A DNA stretch of 64,000 nucleotides from Polyangiales bacterium (GCA_965227405.1 OZ245758.1:1385693-1449692), one strand, 5' to 3'. Shown: positions 36,505 through 47,011, numbered from the stretch's first letter. Numbers and translations are program-made. The notes: generated by a model from the letters alone, not told the origin.

Positions 36505-39500
36505 GTGACGATGGCTTGGCGTGTTGCTCTTCTCGTGATCCTTGGTGCTTGCAAGACCGGGGGCGACCCTGACTCCGGTCCTGTTGACGCACAAATCGAT
36601 GCAGGACCCGAGAGTGACGGTGATGTCGATGGGTCGGTCCCGAGTTCTGGGGATGAACCTGCAACGCTCTCGCCCGAAGCGTGCCAGACCGACTTGGAAG
36701 TTGTTCGGGAGGAAGACTTCGATGTGCTCGACCATCCGCTCGAACACAAGCTGGAGTTCTACGGCGTGCGCACTGGTGGTTTGTTTGCGCTTCGTGCCAA
36801 CACGGTCATCGCAGCGGAAGGCCAGACGGTTGAAGGCTTCGATGAGTTGGAACTTGCGTTCGATCGCACCGTGATTGCTGTCGCAGAGGATCAGGGCGAC
36901 CAAAACGAGCCTACGTTTCCTGTCCTGTTCACCGGCTTCATGCGCGGAGCGGGTGGACTTCCAAACATCGAGTCACTTCTCGCGGCCGACGGTGCCGGTG
37001 ATGTGCGCAAGGTGATCGCCATCGGTGACACCGTCACGCTCAACGGAACCTCGGGAACCGTTCGTTCGTTCTCCCGACTGCACGTCACGCCCGAAGGTGC
37101 GGCTATGTTCGTGCTGGATCTGAACGAGAGCAGTGATTCGTTTCTTGTGCGCGTGGATGCCCCCGGATCGACGCCGAGTGTGATTCTCGAAGAAGGCATC
37201 GTGTTGGACGACGGTCTCACGCTTGGCGAAATCGAGTACTTCACCATCACTGCGTTCGGTAGCCCGGTAGTTCGAGCACAGATCCGTCGCGGTGCGGAGC
37301 TCGAAGGATTCGCGTATTTGCACGTGTTCTGGTTTGGCAGTGTTCAATGCCTGACCACCAACAGCTCGCTAAGCTGCCCACTTCCCATCGCGGACGATGG
37401 CCCGGTGGACATTGACGATTTCGGCTCCGACGGCGCCGTCACGGGTGTGGTGATTCGGACGAACCCGAGCGAGCCTCGGTTGGAGTACCAGTTGCCGAGC
37501 GGCCCAGGACAAATCGAGCGGGGTGTTGAGACGCAAGGCGTCACGTTCAACAACTTCAAACTTCCGCGCGCGTGTTCTCGCGACAACTCACTCTACTTCG
37601 TCGGCAGTGTGGTGGATGCCATGGGGCAGGTTCACGATGAACTCTTCAGTCTTCGCACCGGCGGTGAACTTGCACAGCTCACGAACTTTGCATCGCTCCA
37701 AGCACTCGAAGGCGATGTTCCTGATGAGGTCTTGGGATTGGCCCTTGGATACGGCTGCGACGCGGTGCTCCGTACGCGCGGTGCAACGCGAGAAGGTTCA
37801 ACGGCTCCGTACGAGGGCTACTGGGTGTCGTACTACGGCGACGACACAATGGAGATCATCGACGAAACGCCTGGTCGCGCAGACAACGGCAACGGCGATC
37901 TGCAAGTCATCGACCGTTCGCGTTCGGGGGTGGATGCCAACGCTGATGCACGCACGGCCAGCAACATTGCTCCCGATGGTTCGCTGACGTTTTTGATTGG
38001 GCGCGACGGAGGCGACGTCTATGTGCGAGCAACTCAGCCCACAGACCGTTGCCGCGCGCCCAACGTGGTCAACAGCGATGGAGATGCGAGCGATGTCGCA
38101 CCGGGGGACGGTCGATGCGACACCGGGCAAATGTCGGGTGGCATGCCCGAATGTACGTTGCGCGCAGCGATTGAGGAGACGAATGCCGCTGGCGGTTCGG
38201 ACACGATTGAATTCGACTCCACGCGTACGATCGGCGTCGAGAGCGCGCTGCCGCCGATCACTTCGCCACTGGTCCTCCAAGGTTCCGACAGCACCCTCGT
38301 CGGTAGCGGCCTCACCGGCGAGGAAGCGGGACTCACGATTCGCGCTGCGGGAGCAGCGATTCAAGGACTGGTGGTCGAAGGGTTTCCGGGCGACGGAATC
38401 CGGGCGGAAACGGATGTCACGCTGGACGGGGTCACCGCACGTTCCAACTGCGGATGGGGATTGAACACCGCGGCCGGTGCGGTCATCGAGCGTGGCGAGT
38501 TCTCCGACAACGGCGTTGGGGACTGCATGGCCGGAGGCATTCTGGCAAGCAGCGAAGACGCCACCGTGCGGGTCTCGACTGCCACGATTGCAGCAAACGA
38601 CGGGCCGGGCATCCTCTCGAACGCACGCGTTGTCATCGCGGACGCCACCATCAACGACAACCTCGGCGACGGAATCGTGGTCGACCGCTTAAGGTCGGGC
38701 AGCGCACTTTGGATTTCGCACGGCACGTTGACCATTCGAGCGAACAAAGGGCATGGCGTTTTGGTGCAAGGCGAGCTCACCAGTCAAAACGCGCGCTTGG
38801 TCGTCGAGGACAACTGCGGGTGGGGTGTTTGGATGGAAGACGACGCGATCACACTTGAGGAGCCCCTACCCCGCGGGCCGCAACACCAGATCATCAACAA
38901 CGGTCTGACTGCGGTCGACGGTGAAGGCAGTGTGTTCTGGAGATTGGATGAAGAGCCGCAACGCACCACGGGACGCTGTGGAGGAGGCGGCATCGCCACG
39001 ATCGGTCATGACGAAACCGTGCGGAACCGACTCTTCGCAATCGAAGTCACCGACAATCAAGGTCCAGGGGTTGCGAGTTCAGGCACATGGCAAATCACTG
39101 ACGCGCTTTTCGATGGCAACTCGGGTGCTGGCGTTTTGTTCCGAGCTGACGGCGACGAGACAAGTGCCGTTGTTGTGCGTCTTGAACGCGGCACGTTCAC
39201 CGGCAACCTGGGAGCGGGCATCGACGTGGAAGCGGGCTCGATTCAGCTGCGCGGCGACACACTCTTTGACAACAACGTGGGCGCGGGAATCGTCAGTGGC
39301 GCCGGCAACATCGACTTGAACAACGATCCAATGCGCCCGGGTGTCTCCACGGTACGCCGCAACGGACAGCCCATGGTGGACTGCGAGATTTGGATGCTGG
39401 GAAGCGACGACTGGGTGCGTTCCACCGCCCCTTGCGACGTTCAGGGCGGCGTCGTGGCGAGCGAAGGCAACATCGATGCGCGAAATCCGATCATCCGCGA

Positions 39501-39645
39501 CAACATCGGTCCGGGCGTGAGTGCATCCGACCCGGATTCGGACGGAGTTGGGATCGTGACGATCGATGGCGGTGAGATCTGCGGCAACAGCGAAGCGAAC
39601 GTTGCAGAGACGCTGAATCTGACCGGCGTCGATACCTCCTGTTAG
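36505..39645 (+). CDS. large lipoprotein with right-handed parallel beta-helix (pectin-lyase-fold) repeats
   Basis: Lipobox LVILGAC. The C-terminal half has repeated NxxGxGIxV/NNxG motifs (INDNLGDGIVVD, NNVGAGIVSGAGNIDL, DNIGPGVSASD), typical of the PbH1 fold. Confidence 0.6.
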   Translation: MTMAWRVALLVILGACKTGGDPDSGPVDAQIDAGPESDGDVDGSVPSSGDEPATLSPEACQTDLEVVREEDFDVLDHPLEHKLEFYGVRTGGLFALRANTVIAAEGQTVEGFDELELAFDRTVIAVAEDQGDQNEPTFPVLFTGFMRGAGGLPNIESLLAADGAGDVRKVIAIGDTVTLNGTSGTVRSFSRLHVTPEGAAMFVLDLNESSDSFLVRVDAPGSTPSVILEEGIVLDDGLTLGEIEYFTITAFGSPVVRAQIRRGAELEGFAYLHVFWFGSVQCLTTNSSLSCPLPIADDGPVDIDDFGSDGAVTGVVIRTNPSEPRLEYQLPSGPGQIERGVETQGVTFNNFKLPRACSRDNSLYFVGSVVDAMGQVHDELFSLRTGGELAQLTNFASLQALEGDVPDEVLGLALGYGCDAVLRTRGATREGSTAPYEGYWVSYYGDDTMEIIDETPGRADNGNGDLQVIDRSRSGVDANADARTASNIAPDGSLTFLIGRDGGDVYVRATQPTDRCRAPNVVNSDGDASDVAPGDGRCDTGQMSGGMPECTLRAAIEETNAAGGSDTIEFDSTRTIGVESALPPITSPLVLQGSDSTLVGSGLTGEEAGLTIRAAGAAIQGLVVEGFPGDGIRAETDVTLDGVTARSNCGWGLNTAAGAVIERGEFSDNGVGDCMAGGILASSEDATVRVSTATIAANDGPGILSNARVVIADATINDNLGDGIVVDRLRSGSALWISHGTLTIRANKGHGVLVQGELTSQNARLVVEDNCGWGVWMEDDAITLEEPLPRGPQHQIINNGLTAVDGEGSVFWRLDEEPQRTTGRCGGGGIATIGHDETVRNRLFAIEVTDNQGPGVASSGTWQITDALFDGNSGAGVLFRADGDETSAVVVRLERGTFTGNLGAGIDVEAGSIQLRGDTLFDNNVGAGIVSGAGNIDLNNDPMRPGVSTVRRNGQPMVDCEIWMLGSDDWVRSTAPCDVQGGVVASEGNIDARNPIIRDNIGPGVSASDPDSDGVGIVTIDGGEICGNSEANVAETLNLTGVDTSC

Positions 39646-39667
39646 TCGACACTGGTAGTGTTGCGCG

Positions 39668-40252
39668 ATGCACGGCGTCGAACTCGTACGCGTAGTTATT
39701 GAGAAGCTGGAGCACGAGGGGTTTGGTGATGATCCTCCCGTCGGAGTTCCCGCCGATGCACTTGAAGGACTCCGATTTCCCAACGGCACAGAGCTTTCTG
39801 CGAGCTTGAAAACCTGGTTGGCGTTTGACGCTTCGTTTCTCGGGTGGTTCGACGATCCCCAGAAGCCGGTGTTCGCGGGCACGAAGTTCGATTCGTGGAC
39901 GCTCGACGAATACGGAATGGATTGGGGGTTTGGTGCGCTCACCAAACGTTTGCCGGGAGACTGCTATCCCGTCCCGCTCGGAACCGATTCGCGACGTTGT
40001 CTGTACATCGGTGAACACCGCGACTCGATCGGCGAACCGCCAGTGCTGGTGATCGACGTCGACGATCTTCCGTACGCAGGCGTCGAGTACCCGGGCATCG
40101 ACGTTTACGTCGCGCATGCTTTCGGCGTCGTGAGCGAGCCGGAACAGGTCTACGGCGCGTACCGCAAGCACAAGGTCTACGGTGCGCGCATGCAGGAGCA
40201 CGCCGACGCACTCTTCGGCGGCAAAGTTGGACTCGAGATCTACGAGTTCTAG
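39668..40252 (+). CDS. hypothetical cytoplasmic protein
   Basis: ORF with no recognizable motif. Its stop overlaps the convergent Zn-ribbon ORF by 4 bp. Confidence 0.4.
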   Translation: MHGVELVRVVIEKLEHEGFGDDPPVGVPADALEGLRFPNGTELSASLKTWLAFDASFLGWFDDPQKPVFAGTKFDSWTLDEYGMDWGFGALTKRLPGDCYPVPLGTDSRRCLYIGEHRDSIGEPPVLVIDVDDLPYAGVEYPGIDVYVAHAFGVVSEPEQVYGAYRKHKVYGARMQEHADALFGGKVGLEIYEF

Positions 40253-40653
40253 TCCAGCCACGCCTTGAGGATCGAAACCCAGCCACGTTTGGGTTCGTCG
40301 GGCTCCGGCAAGGTGAATCCCGCGAGTGCCGCAATCTGCTGCGGCGTGAGGAACGCGGCCATACACGCGCTGCAACGATACAGATCGGGTCCCGTGTCCA
40401 AGTAGGCCTGCAAACGCATCGTCACGTTGCAGTCGGTGCAGGTCACAGTGTCCAACTGCGCGTTGGCGGGCTCCAACGAGTCACGCAACTCCGTCGCGAT
40501 CGCTGTGGGTTCACCGTCAAAGTAGTCGAGGAACACCCCACGACATTGTGAGCACTCGTCGACCGTGACCGTCTCGCTGTGCACGCGAAGACGACGCGGT
40601 TCCATCGGCGACGTGCAGCCGGGGCAACGCCGCCGGGGCGCCCGGTACGTCAC
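40249..40653 (-). CDS. zinc-ribbon protein (two CxxC pairs)
   Basis: CPGC...CSQC and CTDC...CSAC pairs. The GTG start overlaps the TGA stop of the upstream PpiD-like gene (GTGA), implying coupling. Confidence 0.5.
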   Translation of the reverse strand: MTYRAPRRRCPGCTSPMEPRRLRVHSETVTVDECSQCRGVFLDYFDGEPTAIATELRDSLEPANAQLDTVTCTDCNVTMRLQAYLDTGPDLYRCSACMAAFLTPQQIAALAGFTLPEPDEPKRGWVSILKAWLD

Positions 40654-42653
40654 CCTTCGGCTTCGGTCTGCTCTTCTTCAGCTTCTTCGGGTTCGTCGCT
40701 CGACTCTTCGTCGGACGACTCCTCCTCGGAGTCCATCGAGCTTTCCGCAGGCGCAGAGCCTCCACGGAAACGAGCAGATACCGTGCGTGCCTCAGTCATG
40801 GTCACGATGCAGGTCTCTTCGGAGCCGCTGCACGCGCCACCCCAGCCCGCGAACCGCGCTCCGTCACTCGGGCGCGCCGTCAGTTGGACCATCTCGGAGA
40901 ACTCGTACAGCGCGGTGCAGTCGGAGCCGCAGTCCACACCGGCGGGGTCACTGACCACGCCACCGTTGCCCGACACGGCAACTTCCATGTCGAAAGTCTT
41001 GATGCGGATACGACCATCACGCTCCGCTTCGTCGCGAAGGCGGGTGATGTAGCTGCGCAGGGCTTCGTCGCGCTTCGCGCGCAGCAGGCCGTCACGCAAA
41101 CGCTGACGAACCTCGTCGGTGTACCCCTCTTCGTTGGCTTCCGTGCGCTCGGTGAGCTGGTAGATGACGAAGTCGTTGCCAAGCTCCAAAGGCTCGTCGG
41201 GACGCGGGTTGTCGAGGTTGCGCGAGAACACGTCGCGCACGAGAGGACCGCTGTCGAAAGGTCCACGGATCGGGTTGTCCGCGCGACCAAAACTCATCGA
41301 CTCGCGCATCGTGGGCGCCAGCGGGTTTCGCTCTTCTTCCTCTTCCTCGGCGCCTTCCTCTTCTTCTTCCTCGGCCTCTTCGGTGGGCTCCGGTTCGGGC
41401 TCTCCGCGCTCACGACGATCGATCCACGCCTGGATGTCATCGATCACGATCCCGTTCGACAGCGCCTCAAGCGCTGCGGCTGCTGCGCTCTGGGCCATCT
41501 CCTTGGCACGCTCATCCTTGTACAAGCGATCCGCCAGTTCGCGCTTGGCCTCGTCTTCGGGCACGTCGCCTTCGCGCTTGCCCTCGACCTTGATGATGTG
41601 GAATCCGAATGTGGTCTCCACAAGGTCACTGACCTCGCCAACCTCCAGGTTGAACTGGGTCTCGTCGAACTCGGCGACCATGCGTCCGCGCGGGTTGTAG
41701 TCCAGGTCACCGCCGCGACGTGCGCTTCCGGTGTCTTCGCTGTTTTCGCGGGCGAGCTCGGCAAAATCAGCACCCGCTCGAATGCGCGCGAGCAGCTCTT
41801 CGGCTCGCGTGCGAGCTGCGTCACGAACCTCTTCCGACGCGTCGCGGCTGGCCTTGATCAGGATGTGCCGTGCACGAACCTGCGGCTCCAGGTTGGTGTA
41901 GCGGTGACTGTTTTGCTCGTACTCGCGGTCGATTTCTTCGGGATGCGCTTCGACCCAAGCGTCGAGTTCTTCGGCGGTCGGGGCGAGTTGTTCCCGGTAA
42001 TAGCTGGGCGAAAAGCGAACATGCTTGATTCGCGCGCGGTCGTTTTCAGCCACGTACGCGTCCCAAACTTCACCCTCGCTGACCTCCACCGATGTGGTGA
42101 TGGTCTGACGCATGCGCTCTGCGAGTTCTTCGGCCACCTGCGCCTCGGTGAACTCACCGACGGAACGCTGAAGCGTGTACTGCACAAAGCTGCGAACGCG
42201 CTCGGGATCGAAGTCGCCGTCTTGGTTGCTGATCGAACCGCGAATCGGAACCTCACCACCAGGGTACGGCGCGTTGACGCCCAAGGAGACGCGCATCGTT
42301 CCGTCTTCGGCCATACGCAGCATCACGTCGTCTTCGCTCACATGGAAACCCAACTCGCGGGCTTCACGCGCGAGAAGTGCACGCTCGATCAAACCGTCGA
42401 GAACACCCTTCCACAATTGCTCGCGACGCTGTTGCTCCGTCGGCGCTCGGTTGAACCCGAGGAACCGATACAAGGAACCGAACTCACCGGCGCTGACGGT
42501 CTCACCATCGACCTTCGCGGCGAACGCGGTACCACCGGCGGTGCAGCCCTCGGCCTGGGGGCCGCCGAACTGAAGAACAAAGACAGCGCTAAGCAGGATG
42601 ACCAGAGCCACCAAGACATAGGATTGAAGACGCGCAGCTAGCTTCTCGAACAT
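40650..42653 (-). CDS. PpiD/SurA-like periplasmic chaperone with parvulin-type peptidyl-prolyl isomerase domain, plus C-terminal Cys-containing repeat (divergent InlB B-repeat-like) and acidic tails
   Basis: N-terminal TM VLVALVILLSAVFVL. Parvulin motifs ARHILIK, GGDLD, FGFHIIKVE. C-terminal VSDPAGVDCGSDCTALYEFSEMVQLTARP..FAGWGGACSGSEETCIVTM. Start taken at MFEKLAARL. Confidence 0.75.
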   Translation of the reverse strand: MFEKLAARLQSYVLVALVILLSAVFVLQFGGPQAEGCTAGGTAFAAKVDGETVSAGEFGSLYRFLGFNRAPTEQQRREQLWKGVLDGLIERALLAREARELGFHVSEDDVMLRMAEDGTMRVSLGVNAPYPGGEVPIRGSISNQDGDFDPERVRSFVQYTLQRSVGEFTEAQVAEELAERMRQTITTSVEVSEGEVWDAYVAENDRARIKHVRFSPSYYREQLAPTAEELDAWVEAHPEEIDREYEQNSHRYTNLEPQVRARHILIKASRDASEEVRDAARTRAEELLARIRAGADFAELARENSEDTGSARRGGDLDYNPRGRMVAEFDETQFNLEVGEVSDLVETTFGFHIIKVEGKREGDVPEDEAKRELADRLYKDERAKEMAQSAAAAALEALSNGIVIDDIQAWIDRRERGEPEPEPTEEAEEEEEEGAEEEEEERNPLAPTMRESMSFGRADNPIRGPFDSGPLVRDVFSRNLDNPRPDEPLELGNDFVIYQLTERTEANEEGYTDEVRQRLRDGLLRAKRDEALRSYITRLRDEAERDGRIRIKTFDMEVAVSGNGGVVSDPAGVDCGSDCTALYEFSEMVQLTARPSDGARFAGWGGACSGSEETCIVTMTEARTVSARFRGGSAPAESSMDSEEESSDEESSDEPEEAEEEQTEAEG

Positions 42654-42794
42654 CGAAAACTCGTGGGAGGACGGGCGCCTACACGGGCCCGAAAGGCCGC
42701 GAACCATAGATGAGGAGACCAGCCTGGGCAAACCAGCGTTTCAAACCCCGAATTGACGGATCATTTCGGGCAAAGAGCGGTCTATTCTCTAGCC

Positions 42795-43967
42795 GTGTGG
42801 CGGGTTTTCTGGGGATGGATGACCCTCGTGTTGGCTGTGCCCGCGTGGGCCCAATCAGCACCCATCGCCCGGATCTCCGGTCCGAGCGAACGCCTGGGCG
42901 CGTGGGTCGAGCGCCTGGAGGAACAGGGAGCTCGCCTGGCCGAAGACATCACCGACCCTGCACCGAGTGTCGACCGAGCCGAACTTCGTGTGTTGGCCAG
43001 TGCTGAAGCGCTGCTCGTCGAAGCGCGTCAGGCGGCCGTCGAGTTTGACGAAACGCGTGCGCTCTCGCTTCTTGCGCGAGCCACCGATCAACTTGAGCGA
43101 GCGGCAAACGTTCCGGGCGTGAGTCAGTGGCTCGCCGAAGCGGAAACGATCACCGGGATCGTCGCAGCGCAAGCCAACCTGCCCGGACTCTCCGACGCAG
43201 CGCTCATTCGCGCAGCAAGCTTGGATGCGACGCGCGTGATCAAGCCTGCGGAAACCGCTCCCGCCGTTGTCGCGCGAGCTCGTGAGTTGGCCACGGCGCG
43301 CACTACAGCACTGCGGGGTCGGTTCATCGTTCGATCGAATGCAGCCAACGCTCGCGTGTATCTCGATGACGCCGAGATCGGACTCGCCCCAATCGAAGTC
43401 GCCGGTACGGTCGGACGTCACGTGCTGCGCGTCGCTGCGCCCGGCCACCGCACCTGGGGACGCACGATGGACATCCTCGAGGGGAACCGCCCCGATGTCG
43501 AAGTGCGCTTGGCTCCGACGCAGCGGCGGTCGGCACTGAATCAAATCGCGCGCGCCACTCGAATGGCAGATGCAGGAATCGCGGCGTCGTTGATCGGCAC
43601 GTCGGTTTGGTGGGTCGAGGTGGGCGACGGGTTGCGCGATCGCGCGTTGCTTTACGAGTGTACGTCGCAAGGCTGCAGCGCACCGGTGCGCATTAGCGCC
43701 GAAGGAGCATGGCGAAACCCACGTGCACCGATCCCCTGGTCGCGCCTACCTGTGGCGCGTCGGTCGGCCTGGGACTGGCTGCGCGAAGGCACCGCCGACA
43801 TCTACACGCCTGTGAAGCCGTGGCGGCGACGTTGGCAACTTTGGGTCCCGGTTGCGGCCGCCGTTGCAGCGGGTGTGGTCGGACTGGGACTCGGACTTCG
43901 TCCCGGGCCCGACCAGCGCTTTTCGACATCCGTCGATTGCGGCGATCTCTGTCCGCCCATGGAGTGA
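42795..43967 (+). CDS. secreted PEGA-domain protein with C-terminal TM helix
   Basis: A GTG start gives the signal peptide MWRVFWGWMTLVLAVPAWA. PEGA-like segment FIVRSNAANARVYLDDAEIGLAPIEV...VAAPGHRTW. C-terminal TM WVPVAAAVAAGVVGLGLGL. Confidence 0.5.
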   Translation: MWRVFWGWMTLVLAVPAWAQSAPIARISGPSERLGAWVERLEEQGARLAEDITDPAPSVDRAELRVLASAEALLVEARQAAVEFDETRALSLLARATDQLERAANVPGVSQWLAEAETITGIVAAQANLPGLSDAALIRAASLDATRVIKPAETAPAVVARARELATARTTALRGRFIVRSNAANARVYLDDAEIGLAPIEVAGTVGRHVLRVAAPGHRTWGRTMDILEGNRPDVEVRLAPTQRRSALNQIARATRMADAGIAASLIGTSVWWVEVGDGLRDRALLYECTSQGCSAPVRISAEGAWRNPRAPIPWSRLPVARRSAWDWLREGTADIYTPVKPWRRRWQLWVPVAAAVAAGVVGLGLGLRPGPDQRFSTSVDCGDLCPPME

Positions 43968-43999
43968 GCCGTCTGCGACGCGCGTGATATCCTTCGTCC

Positions 44000-44674
44000 A
44001 TGCGTGTTGTGCTTGCTTGTCTTGCGGTCGTTGGGCTGACCGCGTGTAACGGTACGGCCAGTGCCACCTTTCCGATCGGAACGTCGATTGAGATCGACGC
44101 CGCGGATCTTGGACTGCCAACCGATCTGATGGTTGGGATGAACGTCGGAAGTGTTCCGTGCGGTCCCATGGGGATGTGTCTGAGCACCGCCGAGGCTCCG
44201 GTCACGTGCGAAGCCGACGTGTGCAACCCGGCGCCACAAACGATCGCGATTCCCGTGGGCGACGTGATCGATGTCGACGAACTCGCCGGTGACATCGACA
44301 CGGTGTTTCGCAACATCGATACGATCGAGATCCTCGAGATCAACTACCGCATCGAACGGAACACGCTCACCTTCGCCACCGAGCCAATCGAAGTGCACTG
44401 GGGTCCGCCTGGGGCAACGGCCCTCGATGAAACGATGGGAGTCCGCGAGCTCGCGACAGTTCCGCGCTTCGATGCAGGTGAAACGAGTGAAGGTGGTGTG
44501 CCGCTGAACACCGCAGGATCTGCAGCTTTCACGGACCACTTCGAAAACACCTCGCATCAGTTCCGCTTTTTCGCGCGTACCTCCGCGGACTTGGAGCCGG
44601 GTCAACCGTGGCCGACCGGCGCACTCCGCGTCGAAGTCACCATGCGAATTCGCGTGTCCGGAAGCCTGATCTAG
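44000..44674 (+). CDS. hypothetical lipoprotein
   Basis: Lipobox VGLTAC; Cys-containing N-domain. No recognized family. Confidence 0.5.
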   Translation: MRVVLACLAVVGLTACNGTASATFPIGTSIEIDAADLGLPTDLMVGMNVGSVPCGPMGMCLSTAEAPVTCEADVCNPAPQTIAIPVGDVIDVDELAGDIDTVFRNIDTIEILEINYRIERNTLTFATEPIEVHWGPPGATALDETMGVRELATVPRFDAGETSEGGVPLNTAGSAAFTDHFENTSHQFRFFARTSADLEPGQPWPTGALRVEVTMRIRVSGSLI

Positions 44675-44833
44675 GAAAATTTCTAAGAAGGTGGTCGTGA
44701 TCGAACGAGCTTCTTCCTGGGAGGTTTTCTCCTTGCCGCGAAGAACACATCCTCCGAGATTTTCTGCTAGAGTCGCGGCGCCCATGAGGTGGTTGTGAGC
44801 GAATCGATTCCGGCACCCTCCGGTGGAGGCGGC

Positions 44834-45370
44834 ATGCGCTATGCCCTCATCGGTCTGTTGCTGATCCTCGGCGCTGTTGGTTTGTACTGCATGTCGCAGG
44901 ACGAGCCGGAGCCTGAACCCGTTGCGACAGTTCACGATGCGGGTCCACCCCAGCCTGTTCGTCAGATCGAACCGACATTCGAGATTCCTGAAGAAGAGGA
45001 AGATGCTGGGCCGCCCGACACCGGTCCCGAGCCCACGAAGATGTCCACGATGCGTGTTCCGATGCGTCGCCAGTGTGAAGGCGACATCGCCGTCGCAGGC
45101 ATCCAGCCGGTCATCTCGCGCGCACGCCCGCAGGTCCGCGCCTGCTACGAGCGTCGCCTCAAGGTGAACAACGTTCTGCAGGGTGTGGTCAATGTTCGGG
45201 TCATCGTCGACAACGATGGCACCGTCGATCAGGTCGCGGTGGGCGGCTCCTTGCGCGACTCCGAAGTCTTCTCGTGCGTGCGTCGATTGGCGAGCACCTG
45301 GCGCTTTCCCAACCCGACCGGTGGGTGTGCCCAAGTCAACGTTCCGTTTCGTCTGACGCCGCGCCCGTAA
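44834..45370 (+). CDS. membrane-anchored protein with AgmX/PglI-type (TonB-C-like) C-terminal domain
   Basis: GGAGG sits 4 nt before the ATG at 44834. TM is ALIGLLLILGAVGLYC; PEPEP linker. The C-terminal VRACYERRLKVNN.LQGVVNVRVIVDNDGTV..VAVGGSL.DSEVFSCV...FPNPTGG resembles the myxobacterial AgmX/PglI C-terminal domain. Confidence 0.5.
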   Translation: MRYALIGLLLILGAVGLYCMSQDEPEPEPVATVHDAGPPQPVRQIEPTFEIPEEEEDAGPPDTGPEPTKMSTMRVPMRRQCEGDIAVAGIQPVISRARPQVRACYERRLKVNNVLQGVVNVRVIVDNDGTVDQVAVGGSLRDSEVFSCVRRLASTWRFPNPTGGCAQVNVPFRLTPRP

Positions 45371-45383
45371 CCGCGACCGAAGC

Positions 45384-46988
45384 TTAGCGCCGTAGAACTC
45401 GGTACGAGGGTGGGTCTTGGAAGAAGTTCGCGATCACGCGAACGTTCTGACCGGGCGCTAAATCCAAGGGAACGCGTACCTGGCCTAGGTCGTCGTTGTT
45501 GAGAATGAGCGTGTGCCGACCCGGTGTGGTCCGATGCCGCCGAATCGGGGTGTTCCCCACGAAGCTGCGGTCCAGCGTCACATGCGCAAAGGGCTGCGCG
45601 TTGACCTCGATCGTCGACGGTCGAGGCGCGTTCGCGACCACCATCGTCTCCATCTCGGCCATTATCACCGGCTCTTCCATCTCCACCATGGCAACCGGTT
45701 CTTGGACCATCTCGATCACTTCCATGGTCGGCGGACTCGGTTCAACGATGCGCTGTGGTCGAGTGTCCGGATCTGGACCCGTCGGTCGCAGAAAGAGCCA
45801 AGCACCCAGCGAAGCAGCCACGATGAGCAACACAGCTGCCATGCGATTGCGTGGCGACGCTACGTCAACCGCTTCGACCTGACCTTCTTCGATCGCTTCG
45901 CCACGTTTCGCCACAGCGACCGTGCGCGGGGTTTCGTCGGCGCGCTTTCGAGAGGCGATTCGCTCGGTCATGGGCTGGGTGCCCATAGGCTCCGAATCGG
46001 GTTCTTCCTCGCGTGCGTCTTCCAGAATCGCACTCGTGGCCAAGGTCTGAACGTCTTGCTTGCGCGACGTTACCGTCACCGGCCCGGCATCGCCGGTCTC
46101 CAAGGGCTTCATCGCACTCATGGCGCGCTCGCCGAGTTCGTGGCCGGTGTCTTCCGCAAACTCGCTCGCGGACCACTTGCGCATGCGACGCCCAACTTCA
46201 GCGGCGCTGCCCGGTCGCTGCTCTGGATCGCGCGCGATCATTTCGTGAATCAAATCGCGCAACGCCGATGGAAACGTATCGTCGAGCTCGGGACCTTCTT
46301 CGTCCAACACCGCTGCGCGTGACGCTTCACGATCTTTGCGTAGGAACGCAGCCTTCCCCGTCAGACACTGGTACAGAACCGCACCCAACGTGAACAGGTC
46401 GCTGCGTCCGTCGATACTCTCGCCACGAAGCTGTTCGGGCGACATGTACCCTGGCGATCCGAAAACCTCGCCGGTCTCGCCTTGCGCGGGGGTGGCGATT
46501 CCGAAGTCGACCAAGCGTGCGTGGCCGCCTTCGTCGAGCAGGATGTTCCGTGGAGTAACATCGCGGTGCACCAAATCGAATCGCGTATGGGCGTGGTCCA
46601 GTGCGTCGCAAACCTGCGAAGCAATTCGCGCAACCAGCGCCGGAGGGAGCGGGCCCTCGTGCAAGATCGCCGAAAGGGTGGCGCCCTCAACAAGCTCCAT
46701 CGCGAGGAAGTACGTCCCATCCACGACACCGAGCTCATAGACAGGCACGATGTGGGGGTGGCTCAGCTTCACCACCGTCTTGGCTTCCTCGACGAACATC
46801 TCGACGAAGCGCGGATCGGATGCCAACTCCGGGCGGACCTGTTTGACCACCAACGGCTTTTCGAACCCACCTACACCTCGCAGGCGGGCACGAAAGACAC
46901 GTGCCATGCCGCCTTCGGCGATCAGCTCATCAAGAAGATAGTTTCCGAAGGGGACGATGGACCGCGACGATTGCTTCGGCGCCGGCAT
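45384..46988 (-). CDS. Hanks-type Ser/Thr protein kinase with TM helix and C-terminal PEGA-like extracytoplasmic domain
   Basis: IAEGGMARVFRA, LVVKQV, catalytic loop HRDVTPRNILL, DFGIAT, GSPGYMSPEQ. TM is AVLLIVAASLGAWLFL. C-terminal PEGA-like VTLDRSFVGNTPI... Confidence 0.85.
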   Translation of the reverse strand: MPAPKQSSRSIVPFGNYLLDELIAEGGMARVFRARLRGVGGFEKPLVVKQVRPELASDPRFVEMFVEEAKTVVKLSHPHIVPVYELGVVDGTYFLAMELVEGATLSAILHEGPLPPALVARIASQVCDALDHAHTRFDLVHRDVTPRNILLDEGGHARLVDFGIATPAQGETGEVFGSPGYMSPEQLRGESIDGRSDLFTLGAVLYQCLTGKAAFLRKDREASRAAVLDEEGPELDDTFPSALRDLIHEMIARDPEQRPGSAAEVGRRMRKWSASEFAEDTGHELGERAMSAMKPLETGDAGPVTVTSRKQDVQTLATSAILEDAREEEPDSEPMGTQPMTERIASRKRADETPRTVAVAKRGEAIEEGQVEAVDVASPRNRMAAVLLIVAASLGAWLFLRPTGPDPDTRPQRIVEPSPPTMEVIEMVQEPVAMVEMEEPVIMAEMETMVVANAPRPSTIEVNAQPFAHVTLDRSFVGNTPIRRHRTTPGRHTLILNNDDLGQVRVPLDLAPGQNVRVIANFFQDPPSYRVLRR

Positions 46989-47011
46989 CTATGGGAAAGG
47001 ATAGCAGTTAG

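Noticed and set aside
40884-42641. 585-aa + strand ORF
   Set aside because: Antisense to the PpiD-like gene, which has parvulin motifs, a TM anchor and a coupled downstream gene.
43802-45334. 510-aa minus-strand ORF
   Set aside because: Spans three + strand genes with signal peptides or lipoboxes and intergenic gaps. No motifs; high-GC shadow ORF.
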